Assembly (NCBI GenBank): GCA_963767005.1
Contig: CAVYCN010000003.1
Coordinates: 352,001 to 416,000, forward strand
DNA: 64,000 nucleotides
Reading direction: 5' to 3'
DNA from: an uncultured Actinomycetes bacterium
Lineage (GTDB): Bacteria > Actinomycetota > Thermoleophilia > UBA2241
Position 1 is the first letter of the stretch. The number at the start of each line of letters is the position of its first letter. The notes beneath the pieces were generated by a model. It was not told where the DNA came from. It did not search any database and saw nothing but the letters and a program-made list of their open reading frames with translations. Of this stretch, positions 9,672-19,280 are shown piece by piece. The translations under genes were made by a program, and so were the position numbers.

Positions 9672-11005
9672 GCGCCGAGCTCCTGCTCGACCACGGCCAC
9701 GATGCGTCCGCAGACCGCGTCGCAGTCGCCTTGCGTGGCGGCCTCGGCCATGACCCGCACGAGCGGCTCGGTGCCCGAGGCCCGCACCAGCACGCGACCC
9801 TGGCCGGCGAGGCGCTCGGTCTCGCGCGTAACGGCGTCCCAGACGGCGCGCGCGCCGTCGAGCGCCTCGCGATCGCGCACGCGCACGTTGACGAGACGTT
9901 GCGGCAGGCGCTCCATGACGGCCGCCGCCTCGTGCAGCGGGCGCCCGGTCTCGCCGAGGGCCTGCAACAGGAGGAGCGCGGTCGCCAGGCCGTCGCCCGT
10001 CGTCGACACGTCGCGGTTGATGATATGGCCCGACTGCTCGCCGCCCAGCACGTAGTCGTGCTCGAGCATCTCGGCGATCACGTAGCGGTCGCCGACCGCC
10101 GTCGTGACGACCTCGATGCCCTCGCGCCGCATCGCCAGGTGAAAGCCGAGGTTGGTCATCACGGTGGTGACCACGGTGTCGCCGCGCAGGCGGCCCCGCG
10201 TCTTCAGGTGCGTGGCGAGGATGGCGATCACGAAGTCGCCGTCGACGAGGGCGCCGCGGGCGTCGACGGCGAGCACGCGGTCGCCGTCGCCGTCGAAGGC
10301 CAGGCCCAGGTCGAAGCGGCCCTCGCGCACGACCCGCTGCAGGGCCTCGATGTGCGTCGACCCGCAGTCGTGGTTGATGTTCAGGCCGTCGGGCTCGGTG
10401 TGCAGCAGGCTGAGGTCGGCCCCCGACTCGCTCAGGGCAAGCGGCGCGGCGCGATACATCGCGCCGTTCGCGCAGTCGACCGCGATACGCAGGCCCGACA
10501 GGTCGAGCGGGATGCGACGCACCACGCTCCACACGTAGCTTTCGACCGCGCCCTCGACGACCTCGGCGCGCCCCACCTGCTCGCCGCGCGCCGAGGCGAT
10601 GTCGTGCCGGCCGACGTGACGCTCGATCTCGGCCTCTTCGTCGTCCGACAGCTTGAGGCCGAGGTGGCTGAAGAACTTGATGCCGTTGTCGGCGAAGGGG
10701 TTGTGAGAGGCGGAGACGACGACGCCGGCGTCGGCGCCGCGCTCGACGACGAGCGCGGCGAGCCCCGGCGTCGGGATCACGCCGGCGATCTCGACGGCGC
10801 CGCCGCCGCTCGTGACGCCGGCCACCAGGGCGGCCTCGAGCATGGAACCCGACACGCGTGTGTCGCGGCCGATCAGGAACAGCGGCGCATGGCCGCGATG
10901 GGCGGCCAGCACGAAGGCCGCGGCGCGACCCACCTGGAGCGCGAGCTCGGCGGTGAGCTGCTCGCCGGCCAGGCCGCGGATGCCGTCGGTGCCGAACAGG
11001 GCCAC
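9668..11005 (-). CDS. glmM: Phosphoglucosamine mutase
   Basis: LFGTDGIRG, SASHNP, DGDGDR, GGEQSGH, RASGTEP. Confidence 0.98.
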   Translation of the reverse strand: MALFGTDGIRGLAGEQLTAELALQVGRAAAFVLAAHRGHAPLFLIGRDTRVSGSMLEAALVAGVTSGGGAVEIAGVIPTPGLAALVVERGADAGVVVSASHNPFADNGIKFFSHLGLKLSDDEEAEIERHVGRHDIASARGEQVGRAEVVEGAVESYVWSVVRRIPLDLSGLRIAVDCANGAMYRAAPLALSESGADLSLLHTEPDGLNINHDCGSTHIEALQRVVREGRFDLGLAFDGDGDRVLAVDARGALVDGDFVIAILATHLKTRGRLRGDTVVTTVMTNLGFHLAMRREGIEVVTTAVGDRYVIAEMLEHDYVLGGEQSGHIINRDVSTTGDGLATALLLLQALGETGRPLHEAAAVMERLPQRLVNVRVRDREALDGARAVWDAVTRETERLAGQGRVLVRASGTEPLVRVMAEAATQGDCDAVCGRIVAVVEQELGA

Positions 11006-11154
11006 GGTCAGCAGGACCTCCGTTGTGTGGTTGGCGTCACCCCGCCGGCCATGCTACCCCCGCCGCCCGGCGGGCGCCACAGGCCGCGGACACGGCACGA
11101 CCGGTGAGGCGGCGCGACGGCGCGAGCGGAGCAGCGGATGTGATGCCGGTGACG

Positions 11155-11270
11155 AGCCGTGGAACCACGTCACCCCTGGCTGAGCGGCCGCGACGATGTC
11201 GCTCGACGGCCTAGCCGTGGAACGAGGTCACACCCGGCTGAGCGGCGACGATGAAGTCGCTCGACGGCCT
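11155..11270 (+). repeat. Two tandem 58-bp copies of a dispersed intergenic repeat
   Basis: agccgtggaac..gtcac.cc.ggctgagcgg..gtcgctcgacggcct twice (11155-11212, 11213-11270), abutting the rpsI stop. Confidence 0.85.
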
Positions 11271-11661
11271 AGCGCTTCGAGAACTGCGGCCGCTTGCGCG
11301 CCTTCTTGAGGCCGGCCTTCTTGCGTTCCTTCACGCGCGCGTCGCGCGTGAGGAAGCCGGCCCGCTTGAGCGGCGTGCGCAGGTTCTCGTCGGCCACGAT
11401 GAGCGCGCGGGCGATGCCGTGGCGGATGGCGCCGGCCTGGCCGGCCATGCCGCCGCCGTTCACGTTGACCCGGACGTCGAACTTGGCCTGGGTGTGCGTC
11501 GCCTCGAAGGGCATGACGGCGATGGTCTGCAGCACGCGGCGACCGAAGTAGTCGTCGAGGTCCTTGCCGTTGACGACCACGCGGCCCACGCCGGGCATGA
11601 GGACGACGCGCGCTACGCTCGTCTTGCGCCTGCCGGTGCCGCTGTAGGTGACTGTGGCCAC
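11269..11661 (-). CDS. rpsI: 30S ribosomal protein S9
   Basis: [12 protein letters not shown]...[19 protein letters not shown]; GTG start with AAGGAG SD. Confidence 0.99.
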   Translation of the reverse strand: MATVTYSGTGRRKTSVARVVLMPGVGRVVVNGKDLDDYFGRRVLQTIAVMPFEATHTQAKFDVRVNVNGGGMAGQAGAIRHGIARALIVADENLRTPLKRAGFLTRDARVKERKKAGLKKARKRPQFSKR

Positions 11662-11666
11662 GCGTC

Positions 11667-12101
11667 CTACTCCTTGATCGCGAGCGTTTCGGGATGCTGA
11701 GCGTCGTGCGGATGCTTGGGACCGGCGTAGATCTTGAGCTTCCGCAGCTGCGCCGCCCCGAGACGGTTGTGCGGCAGCATGCCCTTGACGGCGCGGCGGA
11801 CGACCTCTTCGGGCCGGCGTGAGAGCAGGTTCCTGAGCGACTCGCCCTTGATGCCGCCCGGATAGCCCGAGTGCCGCCAGTAGGTCTTCTCGTCGAGCTT
11901 GTTGCCCGTCACGACGATCTTCTCGGCGTTGACGACCACGACGAAGTCGCCGGTGTCGATGTTGGGCGTGTAGATCACCTTGCGCTTGCCGCGCAGGGCG
12001 TCGGCCACCACGGTCGACAGCCGGCCGAGGGTCTGCCCGGCGGCGTCGACGACGTACCACTTCTTCTCGATGGTCGCAGGCTTGGCTACGAAGGTCTTCA
12101 C
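11667..12101 (-). CDS. rplM: 50S ribosomal protein L13
   Basis: [40 protein letters not shown]; GTG start at 12101 with AAGGAG SD. Confidence 0.99.
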   Translation of the reverse strand: MKTFVAKPATIEKKWYVVDAAGQTLGRLSTVVADALRGKRKVIYTPNIDTGDFVVVVNAEKIVVTGNKLDEKTYWRHSGYPGGIKGESLRNLLSRRPEEVVRRAVKGMLPHNRLGAAQLRKLKIYAGPKHPHDAQHPETLAIKE

Positions 12102-12237
12102 GCGAGAACTCCTTGAATGCGCGAGGGGGTATGATACCCGGTCGCCCGGGGCGACGCAACCTTCGTTTGCGCCCGCCGGCACGTCCGGCGCCGCGCACCC
12201 CGACCGCCGACCCGCGCCGGCCGTCCCTGAGCGACCG

Positions 12238-13050
12238 TCACGACAGGCGGCGCAGCTCCACGGTGTCGCCGGGCGACAGCCCCAGGACCTCCTCGGCGGA
12301 GCCGGTGTTCACGGCGAGCGCCACCTGGCCGTAGCTGTCGACCAGCACCATGATATCGCTCGGCCGCACCTCGATGAACGAGCGCGCGAGGCGGGCGAGG
12401 TAGCGCTCCCCCGCGCACACGATCTCGATCGTCTCGCCCAGGCGGGCCGCCTCGAGACCGGCGGCGTCCAGGTTGAGGGCGACGTTGCCGAAGCGGTCGA
12501 TCAGCACGGCGGTGGCCCGCAGGCCGCGCCGCGTGGTCGCCGGCGGCGGGATCTCGAGGCGCACGAGGCCGGCCGGCTCGACCGCCGGGCCGAGGAGCGC
12601 GGGCGTCAGGCCCCCGGCCAGGCGCGCCGCCACCGGCGCGAAGATGTCGCGCCCATGGAAGGTCGCCGACAGCGGGGTCGTGAAGAACTCCTCGTTGGTG
12701 ATCTCCCAGCAGTCCGCGATGCCGCCGTCGGCCTCGGCAGCGAGCACGAGCATGCCGTTGTCGGGGCCCACGAAGAAGCGGTCGCCGGCGGAGCGCAGCA
12801 CCACGGCGCGGCGCGGACCGCCGACGCCCGGATCGACCACCGCCAGGTGAACGGCGCCCGCGGGCATGTAGCGCACCGTGTTGCGCAGCACGAAGGCGGC
12901 GCCGACGAGGTCGTGCCGGGAGATGCCGTGGGTGACGTCGATGACGCGCACGTCGGGCGCGAGGCGTGCGATGATGCCGCGGCACGTGCCGGCGAAGTCG
13001 TCTTCGTAGCCGTAGTCCGAAAGAAAGCAGATGTGCCGCGGTGCAGTCAC
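12238..13050 (-). CDS. SAM hydroxide adenosyltransferase / chlorinase-fluorinase family (DUF62)
   Basis: FLSDYG, IDVTHGI, VVDPGVG, GPDNG, SATFHGRDIFAP, IDRFGN. Apparently leaderless (TACACT 6 nt before GTG). Confidence 0.93.
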   Translation of the reverse strand: MTAPRHICFLSDYGYEDDFAGTCRGIIARLAPDVRVIDVTHGISRHDLVGAAFVLRNTVRYMPAGAVHLAVVDPGVGGPRRAVVLRSAGDRFFVGPDNGMLVLAAEADGGIADCWEITNEEFFTTPLSATFHGRDIFAPVAARLAGGLTPALLGPAVEPAGLVRLEIPPPATTRRGLRATAVLIDRFGNVALNLDAAGLEAARLGETIEIVCAGERYLARLARSFIEVRPSDIMVLVDSYGQVALAVNTGSAEEVLGLSPGDTVELRRLS

Positions 13051-13141
13051 GCGCCAAGTGTACTCGGGATCGCTTGGCGATGCGGCGTCGCGGACATGCG
13101 CGGGGCGCTGGTTGCGGGCGTGGCGCCCGGGCTTTCGGCCG

Positions 13142-14833
13142 CTAGCTGCGCGCGGTCACCGTCACCGGCTTGCTCCTGAAGGTCAGGCCGCCGGCCTTGT
13201 ACGACGCCACGAGCACCCACTTGCCGGCCTTGTCGGGCCTGAGCGCCCAGCGGAACGCGCCCGAACCCGAGATCTTCACGGTCTTCAGCGCCGTCGCTCG
13301 CGCCCCGACCATGCGCCAGAACCGCACGGCCGTCGCCGTCGAGACGAAGTTCCTGACGACGCCCTTCAGAGTGACGGCCTGGCCGACAGCCGTCTTCCGT
13401 GAGGAGGCCGCGAGCGTGAGCGTCGGCACGGCGAACGACTCGGCGTAGACGGCGCCCGCGTAGTCGTGGCCCTCGAACGCCTTGTCGCTGGCGCCGATCA
13501 GCGCCGTGTTGCCCGACAGCGCGACGGCCCCCCCGTAGCAGTCGTAGGGCACCGCGTCGGCGGCCGTCAGCTCGCGCGTGCGCGACCAATTCGCTCCCGA
13601 CCCGTCGAACACATACACGGCGCCACCCGGGTGAGCGGCCAGCGCCTGCGGACGCGCCCCACCCGCGAGTCGCGTCCGCGCCGAGAGCATCGGGCCAAGG
13701 TCGGACTCACCCTGGGCGCCGATCAGCGCCCTGGTGCCGGACAGGGCGAGCGAGCAGCCGAACTGGTCGCCGGCGACCTCATCTGCAGCCTGCAGCTCAG
13801 TCTGCAGCGCCCAGTCCGTCCCCGTGCGCGTGAAGACGTAGGCCGCGCCAGCGAAGCCGTTCGTGCCCACGGTGATGCCTGGCGCACCGATCACTGCGGT
13901 GTCGCCGGAGAGGGCGACGGCCCAGCCGAAGGCGTCGTTCGGAGCCTCATCCACGGCGACGAACCTGGCCTGCTGCGACCAGCTCGAGCCCGAACCTGCG
14001 AAGACGTAGGCCGCGCCGGGCGGGCTCCCCAGGTAGCCGGCGGGAGCACCGATCAGGGCCGTGTCGCCGGAGAGGGCGACAGCGTCGCCGAAATAGGCAT
14101 TGGTGGTCGGGTCGGAGGCGACGAGCCGGGCTTCCTCCGCCCAGCTGGCTCCTGAGCCCGCATAGACGTAGACGGCGCCGGCGGCGGCCTGGTCGGTGGC
14201 GGTCTGGTCGGCGACGGTCGTGCCGCTGGCGCCGATCAGCGCCGTGGTGCCCGCGAGCGCCACCGCGGAGCCGAAGTAGTTGCTGGTGCCCGGACTGGGT
14301 GCGTTCAGCTCGGTCTGCTGAGTCCATTTCGTGCCGGAGCGCACAAAGACGTAGGCGGCGCCGGCCACCTCGTAGCCCGCGACCGTCCTGCCGGGGGCCC
14401 CGATCAGCGCGGAGTTGCCGGAGAGCGCGACCGTCGAACCGAACGCGTCGCCGTCGCCCGGGTCGGCGGCGACGAGCTTCTGCTGGAGCATCCAGGTCGC
14501 TCCGGAGCGCACGTAGACGTAGGCGGCGCCGGCGTTTTCGAGACCGTCGACCGTCTTCTCGCGGGCGCCGATCAGCGCGGTGTTGCCGGAGAGCGCGACC
14601 ACGCAGCCGAACTGGTCGGGGGAGGCCGGATCGGAAGCGTGCAGCTCGGCCTGCTGCAGGGCCACGATGGCGAGAGGGCTCGCGGCCAGCACCCGCGCGT
14701 GGTGCGAGAGCGTCGTGGGCGCGGCCGTCGCCATCGCCGGCGCGAGCAGGAGGGCGGCGGCGACCAGCGCCGCGCACGCCCAGGCGAGCCACCTGGTTGA
14801 ACGAGCGCCGCGGTAAACGTAAGCCAGGGACAC
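13142..14833 (-). CDS. Secreted FG-GAP repeat (beta-propeller) protein with a C-terminal Ig-like segment
   Basis: Signal peptide; about 7 repeats of D.FG..VALSG.TALIGA...AGAAYVF; GTG start with GGGGAG SD. Confidence 0.85.
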   Translation of the reverse strand: MSLAYVYRGARSTRWLAWACAALVAAALLLAPAMATAAPTTLSHHARVLAASPLAIVALQQAELHASDPASPDQFGCVVALSGNTALIGAREKTVDGLENAGAAYVYVRSGATWMLQQKLVAADPGDGDAFGSTVALSGNSALIGAPGRTVAGYEVAGAAYVFVRSGTKWTQQTELNAPSPGTSNYFGSAVALAGTTALIGASGTTVADQTATDQAAAGAVYVYAGSGASWAEEARLVASDPTTNAYFGDAVALSGDTALIGAPAGYLGSPPGAAYVFAGSGSSWSQQARFVAVDEAPNDAFGWAVALSGDTAVIGAPGITVGTNGFAGAAYVFTRTGTDWALQTELQAADEVAGDQFGCSLALSGTRALIGAQGESDLGPMLSARTRLAGGARPQALAAHPGGAVYVFDGSGANWSRTRELTAADAVPYDCYGGAVALSGNTALIGASDKAFEGHDYAGAVYAESFAVPTLTLAASSRKTAVGQAVTLKGVVRNFVSTATAVRFWRMVGARATALKTVKISGSGAFRWALRPDKAGKWVLVASYKAGGLTFRSKPVTVTARS

Positions 14834-14977
14834 AGCTCCCCCTCTCAAGCTGGCGCCTGAAGGCCCACCTGCCCGCCGCTCCCCGCCGGCTCGCGGGTGG
14901 TGACCGTTCGAACCGCCGGCGGATCGCCGCATCCTTGCCGGCGCGATCCTGCGAGCCTGACCAAGCTCGCCAGTTGC

Positions 14978-15006
14978 CTTCTACAGCGCGCACCGCAGTC
15001 GGTCAA
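14978..15006 (-). promoter_or_regulatory. sigma70-type promoter for the FG-GAP gene
   Basis: TTGACC-17 bp-TAGAAG on the minus strand. Confidence 0.55.
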
Positions 15007-15082
15007 GGAAGCGGCGTAGCCGCTCGAGGATCCACTCCCGCAGCCGGCCCGACACCCTGCCGGCAGGTGCGGAGCGGCATGC

Positions 15083-15964
15083 TCAGGAGCGGCGCGTGCC
15101 TGAGCTCGCCCCGCGACGCGGCGCGGTCGTCCGGTCGGCGCCGGCCGCGTCGCGCATGAGCGCGGTCACGAGACCGGCCGCCGAGTAGACCGTCGCTTCG
15201 ACGGCGACCGTCAGGCCCAGCTCGTGCAGGGTCGCGCTCGTCACCGGCCCGATCGACGCGAGTCGCACGCCGACGAGGCGCTCCGGCAGGCGCTCGGCAC
15301 CCATCAGGGCGACGAAGGCGCGGACGGTGGAGCTCGACGTGAAGGCCACGTAGTCGGCCGCCTCGATGGCGCCCGCCGCGCAGGGCAGTGCGGCCGCGGG
15401 CACCGCGTCGTACAGGTCGACGACGTCGACGAGGGCGCCGTGACGGCGGAGCTCGTCGGGCAGCACGGCACGGGCCGCGCACGAGCGCGGCAGCAGGACG
15501 CGCCGACCGGCGAGACGCCGCGCTCGCGCGGCGAGCGCGGCGACGACCCCTTCGGCCACATGCTCTTCGGGTACGAGGCTCGCGACGAGACCGCGCTCCT
15601 CGAGGGCCGCGGCCGTGCCGGGGCCGATCGCCACGAGCTCGCGGGCCGCGAGCGCCGCGGCGTCGAGACCGCAGTCGCGCAGCCGCTCGCAGAAGATGGC
15701 GACGCCGTTCGCGCTCGTAAAGACGACCGTGCCGTAGCCGTCGAGGCCGGCGATCGCGGCGCGCACCGCGTCGGTCAGGCCCAGCGCCACGATCTCCACC
15801 ACCGGGCAAAGCAGCACGCGCGCGCCGGCCTGCTCGAGGGGCGCGGCCAGGCCGGCGGCCTGGCCGCGCGGCCGCGTGACGACCACCGTGCAACCGGCGA
15901 GCGGCAACGGCCGGGCGGCGGCCACGACGCCCCGGCCGGCGGCCGGCCGGCGCCGCGCGCTCAC
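15083..15964 (-). CDS. hemD: Uroporphyrinogen-III synthase
   Basis: VVVTRPRGQA, VFTSANGV, AIGPGTA, FTSSSTV, ASIGPVT. Confidence 0.93.
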   Translation of the reverse strand: MSARRRPAAGRGVVAAARPLPLAGCTVVVTRPRGQAAGLAAPLEQAGARVLLCPVVEIVALGLTDAVRAAIAGLDGYGTVVFTSANGVAIFCERLRDCGLDAAALAARELVAIGPGTAAALEERGLVASLVPEEHVAEGVVAALAARARRLAGRRVLLPRSCAARAVLPDELRRHGALVDVVDLYDAVPAAALPCAAGAIEAADYVAFTSSSTVRAFVALMGAERLPERLVGVRLASIGPVTSATLHELGLTVAVEATVYSAAGLVTALMRDAAGADRTTAPRRGASSGTRRS

Positions 15965-16941
15965 CGCGCGCTCCCCGGCGTGAGGCCGGCGGCGCGGGCT
16001 TCGGCCAGCAGACGGTCGGCGCCGGCCGCGCGGAGGCGCTCGGCGAGGTCCTCGCCGAGCGCCTCCGGCGCGGCGGCCGGCGCCGTGAGGGCGTCGCGCA
16101 CGGCGCGGGCGCCGTCGAGCGAGCCGACGAAGGCGCGCAGGCGCAGGAGCTCGTCGTCACCGGGTGTCCCGACGAGCTCGGCGAAGGCCGCGATCGGCGC
16201 CTGGCATCCACCCTCGAGAGCGGCGAGCAGGGCGCGCTCGGCGCGCACGGCCAGGGCCGTGGGGCGGTCGTCGAGGCCGGCGACGAGCGCGGCGACGCGT
16301 TCGTCGCCGGCCCGCACCTCGACCGCCAGGGCGCCCTGGCCCACCGCGGGCAGGAGCTCGTCGGTCGAGAACGCAAAGGCGGGGAGCGCCGCGCGACCCA
16401 GACGGTCCAGACCGGCCGCGGCCAGCACGGTGCCGTCGAGACCCTGCTCGGCGACCTTGCGCAGGCGCGTCTCGACGTTTCCGCGCAGATCGACGAGGCG
16501 CAGGTCGGATCGCAGGGCGAGGAGCTGCGCGCGCCGCCGCAGGCTCGAGCTGCCGACGCGCGCGCCGGCCGGCAGCGCCCGCGGGCCGGCCGGCCGCGGC
16601 CCCTCGCCGGCCGCGACGAACACGTCGCGCGGGTCCCGGCGGCGCGTGTAAGCGGCCACGCAGAGGCCGGGCGGCAGGACCGTCGGCAGGTCCTTGGCGG
16701 AGTGCACCGCAAGGTCGACGCGGCCGTCGAGCAGGGCGGCCTCGATCTCCTTCGTGAACAGGCCCTTGCCGCCCACGCGTGCCAGGGGCACGTCGAGCAC
16801 GCGGTCGCCGGTCGTGGCGATCGCCTCGATCGCGACCTCGATGTCCGGGCGTGCCGCGCGCAGGCCGGCGGCCGCCTCCGCGGCCTGGACGAGCGCGAGC
16901 GGGCTGCCTCGCGTGCCGACGACGAGCCGGGTCGTGCTCAA
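15961..16941 (-). CDS. hemC: Hydroxymethylbilane synthase (porphobilinogen deaminase)
   Basis: GTRGSPLA, GGKGLFTKEIE, VHSAKDLP, SSLRR, LRGNVETRL, EGGC; TTG start overlapping the hemA stop (TTGA). Confidence 0.96.
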   Translation of the reverse strand: MSTTRLVVGTRGSPLALVQAAEAAAGLRAARPDIEVAIEAIATTGDRVLDVPLARVGGKGLFTKEIEAALLDGRVDLAVHSAKDLPTVLPPGLCVAAYTRRRDPRDVFVAAGEGPRPAGPRALPAGARVGSSSLRRRAQLLALRSDLRLVDLRGNVETRLRKVAEQGLDGTVLAAAGLDRLGRAALPAFAFSTDELLPAVGQGALAVEVRAGDERVAALVAGLDDRPTALAVRAERALLAALEGGCQAPIAAFAELVGTPGDDELLRLRAFVGSLDGARAVRDALTAPAAAPEALGEDLAERLRAAGADRLLAEARAAGLTPGSAR

Positions 16942-18347
16942 GAGGCCGAAGGCCGCTCGCCCGCGGCCGCGCGGACGCGCCGCCGCGCAGTCGTACCCGC
17001 GGGATCGGTCGTCATCGCCGGCAGCTCCACCAGGGCGCCATCGGATGTGGCGCCGTCGGATGTGGCGCCGTCGGCCGACGGCGGACGATCGAGGTCGAAC
17101 AGGCGCCACAGCGCCTCGACGTAGGCGCCGGCCCCGCGCTCGGCGGCGAGCTCCTTCAGACGCACCGTCGGCAGGTGCAGGATCTTGTTCACGATGGCCA
17201 CGGTCAGCCGCTCGACATCGCTCCTCTGCTCGGGCGTGAGCGCGGCGAGCCGGCCGCCCATACGGGCGAGCTCGTCGCGGCGGATGTCCTCGACCGCCCC
17301 GCGCAGTCGCGAGATCGTCGGCACCATGTGGCGGCTCGCGATCCACTCGTTCAGGCGCGCGACCTCCTCGGCGACGATGCGCTCGGCCTGCGCGATCTCG
17401 CGTTCGCGCTCGTGGCGGCCGGCGGCCACCACGGCCCGCAGGTCGTCGATGTCGCAGAGCCGGCAGCCCGCGAGCGCGGCGACGTCGGGGTCGACGTCGC
17501 GCGGGACGGCGAGGTCGATCAGGAGCAGGGGCCGCGCGGGCCGGCGCGCCATGACCGCAGCGACGCGGGCGCGGTCGACCACGTAGCCGGGCGCCGCCGT
17601 CGAGGAGATCACGATGTCGGCGGCCGCGAGCTGCTCGTCGATCTCGTCGAGACAGACGGCGCGGCCGTGGCAGCGTCCGGCCAGCGCCTCGGCCGCGGCC
17701 AGCGTACGGTTGGCGACGATCACGGCGCCGGCGCCCTGGTCGTGCAGGTGGCGCGCGGTGAGCTCGCTCGTCTCGCCGGCCCCCAGGACCAGCACGACAC
17801 GGTCGTCGAGCGTGTCCAGCGCCCGGCGGGCGAGGTCGACGGCGGCTGAGCTCACCGACACCGGCCGCTCGCCGATCGCGGTCTCGCTGCGCACCCGCTT
17901 GCCCACCTCGATCGCCTGGCGGAAGAGCTGGTTGAAGACGGCGCCGGTGCTGCCGGCGGCGCGGGCCGCGTCGAAGGCCTCCTTGACCTGCGCCAGGACC
18001 TGGGCCTCGCCGACCACCAGCGAGTCGAGGCTCGCGGCCACGCGGAAGAGCTGAACGACGGCCGCATCGCCGCTCGCGCAATACGCGGCGGCGGGCAACG
18101 CGGCGGCCGCGACGCCGGCACGCCCGGCGAGGCGCTCGAGCACGCACGCCTCGGCCGTCCGCGCGTCGGCCCCGGCCAGGTAGACCTCGGTGCGGTTGCA
18201 GGTCGACAGCACGACGACCTCGGCGGCGACCCCCGCCGCGAGCAGGTCGCCCCCCAGCAGCACGCTCTCGTCGCGCGCCAAGGCCAGGCGCTCGCGGAGC
18301 TCGATGGGCGCCGTCCGATGGGAGATGCCGACCACCACGGGATGCAT
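16938..18347 (-). CDS. hemA: Glutamyl-tRNA reductase
   Basis: GISHRTAP, LSTCNRTE, SLDSLVVGEAQVL.QVK, GAGE, DLAVPRD. Confidence 0.97.
   Translation of the reverse strand: MHPVVVGISHRTAPIELRERLALARDESVLLGGDLLAAGVAAEVVVLSTCNRTEVYLAGADARTAEACVLERLAGRAGVAAAALPAAAYCASGDAAVVQLFRVAASLDSLVVGEAQVLAQVKEAFDAARAAGSTGAVFNQLFRQAIEVGKRVRSETAIGERPVSVSSAAVDLARRALDTLDDRVVLVLGAGETSELTARHLHDQGAGAVIVANRTLAAAEALAGRCHGRAVCLDEIDEQLAAADIVISSTAAPGYVVDRARVAAVMARRPARPLLLIDLAVPRDVDPDVAALAGCRLCDIDDLRAVVAAGRHEREREIAQAERIVAEEVARLNEWIASRHMVPTISRLRGAVEDIRRDELARMGGRLAALTPEQRSDVERLTVAIVNKILHLPTVRLKELAAERGAGAYVEALWRLFDLDRPPSADGATSDGATSDGALVELPAMTTDPAGTTARRRVRAAAGERPSAS
17034..17074. repeat. 15-bp tandem repeat (about 2.7 copies) in the hemA 3' tail, encoding DGATS
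   Basis: ggcgccRtcggatgt twice plus ggcgccgtcgg. Confidence 0.8.
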
Positions 18348-18379
18348 CGACGTGCCTTCCTACCCGCTGCGCCTCGGGC

Positions 18380-18541
18380 TCAAGCCTCACGCTCCCGCCG
18401 CCGGGCCTCGTCCTCGAGGCCGCGCAGGTCGCGCTGCAGCCGCGTGAGGCGCCGGGCGGCCACGATCAAGTAGGCCACGAGCACCACAAGCACGGCGCCG
18501 TAGGCGGCCGCTACGTACTTGACGGCTTCGGTGAGCGGCAT
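18380..18541 (-). CDS. ccmD: CcmD-like small membrane protein
   Basis: 53 aa; YVAAAY followed by a TM segment and a charged tail; directly after ccmC. Confidence 0.7.
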   Translation of the reverse strand: MPLTEAVKYVAAAYGAVLVVLVAYLIVAARRLTRLQRDLRGLEDEARRREREA

Positions 18542-18542
18542 G

Positions 18543-19274
18543 TCAGCCCTCCAGACGGTCGGTGAGGTCACGCAACCCCTCGCGCAGGGCCTCGATCCCC
18601 GTCTCGATGCGCAGGAGCCCGACGAGCAGCAGGGTCATGCCGGCCATGCCGCACAGGAATGCGACGAGGTCGCGGTGGTCCATGCCGCTGCCCGACGGAC
18701 CGAGCACGACGGGGTGCAGGCCGGCCGGCAGGAACCGCGTCGCGAAGAAGGTGATCGGCACGTCGACGAAGGCCACGACGGCGTAGAGCGCGGCGAAGGT
18801 GGCGCGGCGCGACTCGTCCTCGACGCTGCTGCGCAGCACGAAGTAACCAGCGTACAGCAGGCAGGCGATGAGGAACGTCGTCAAGCGCGGCTCCCAGGCC
18901 CACCACACGCCCCAGGCGGCGCGCCCCCAGATCACGCCCGAGATCATGACGAGCACGCTGAACAGCAGCCCGAGCCGCACCGCGGCGAGGCCGAGGCGGT
19001 CGTAGCGGGGGTCGCCGCGGCGCAGGTAGAGCAGGGCGGCCACGAAGGCGACGGCGTAAGCCAGCAGCGCCGTCTCGGCGATCGGCGCGTGCACGTAGAA
19101 GATCTTTTGGCTGAAGCCGAGCGTCGAGGCGTCGGTCGGCGCCACCAGGAACCCCACGAGCACGTCGGCCAGCAGGAGCGCGGCGGCCGCGGCGAGCACG
19201 GCGACGGTGGTCGTGGTGTGCGTGCGCACTCCGGCGGCGCTGCCGCGCGCGGCGACGGTCGTTGTGCCCTGCAC
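18543..19274 (-). CDS. ccmC: Heme exporter/chaperone-loading protein CcmC
   Basis: KIFYVHAP, WWD-like WGRAAWGVWWAWEPRL, LHP. Confidence 0.93.
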   Translation of the reverse strand: MQGTTTVAARGSAAGVRTHTTTTVAVLAAAAALLLADVLVGFLVAPTDASTLGFSQKIFYVHAPIAETALLAYAVAFVAALLYLRRGDPRYDRLGLAAVRLGLLFSVLVMISGVIWGRAAWGVWWAWEPRLTTFLIACLLYAGYFVLRSSVEDESRRATFAALYAVVAFVDVPITFFATRFLPAGLHPVVLGPSGSGMDHRDLVAFLCGMAGMTLLLVGLLRIETGIEALREGLRDLTDRLEG

Positions 19275-19280
19275 CGTCCC

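Noticed and set aside
11155-11270. Tandem repeats (also 28228-28340) as a mini CRISPR array
   Set aside because: Only two contiguous units with no unique spacers, no leader and no cas genes; they belong to the dispersed repeat family.
12238-13050. True fluorinase/chlorinase in a halometabolite cluster
   Set aside because: It keeps the D..FHGRD residues of the common DUF62 SAM hydrolase and sits among housekeeping genes.
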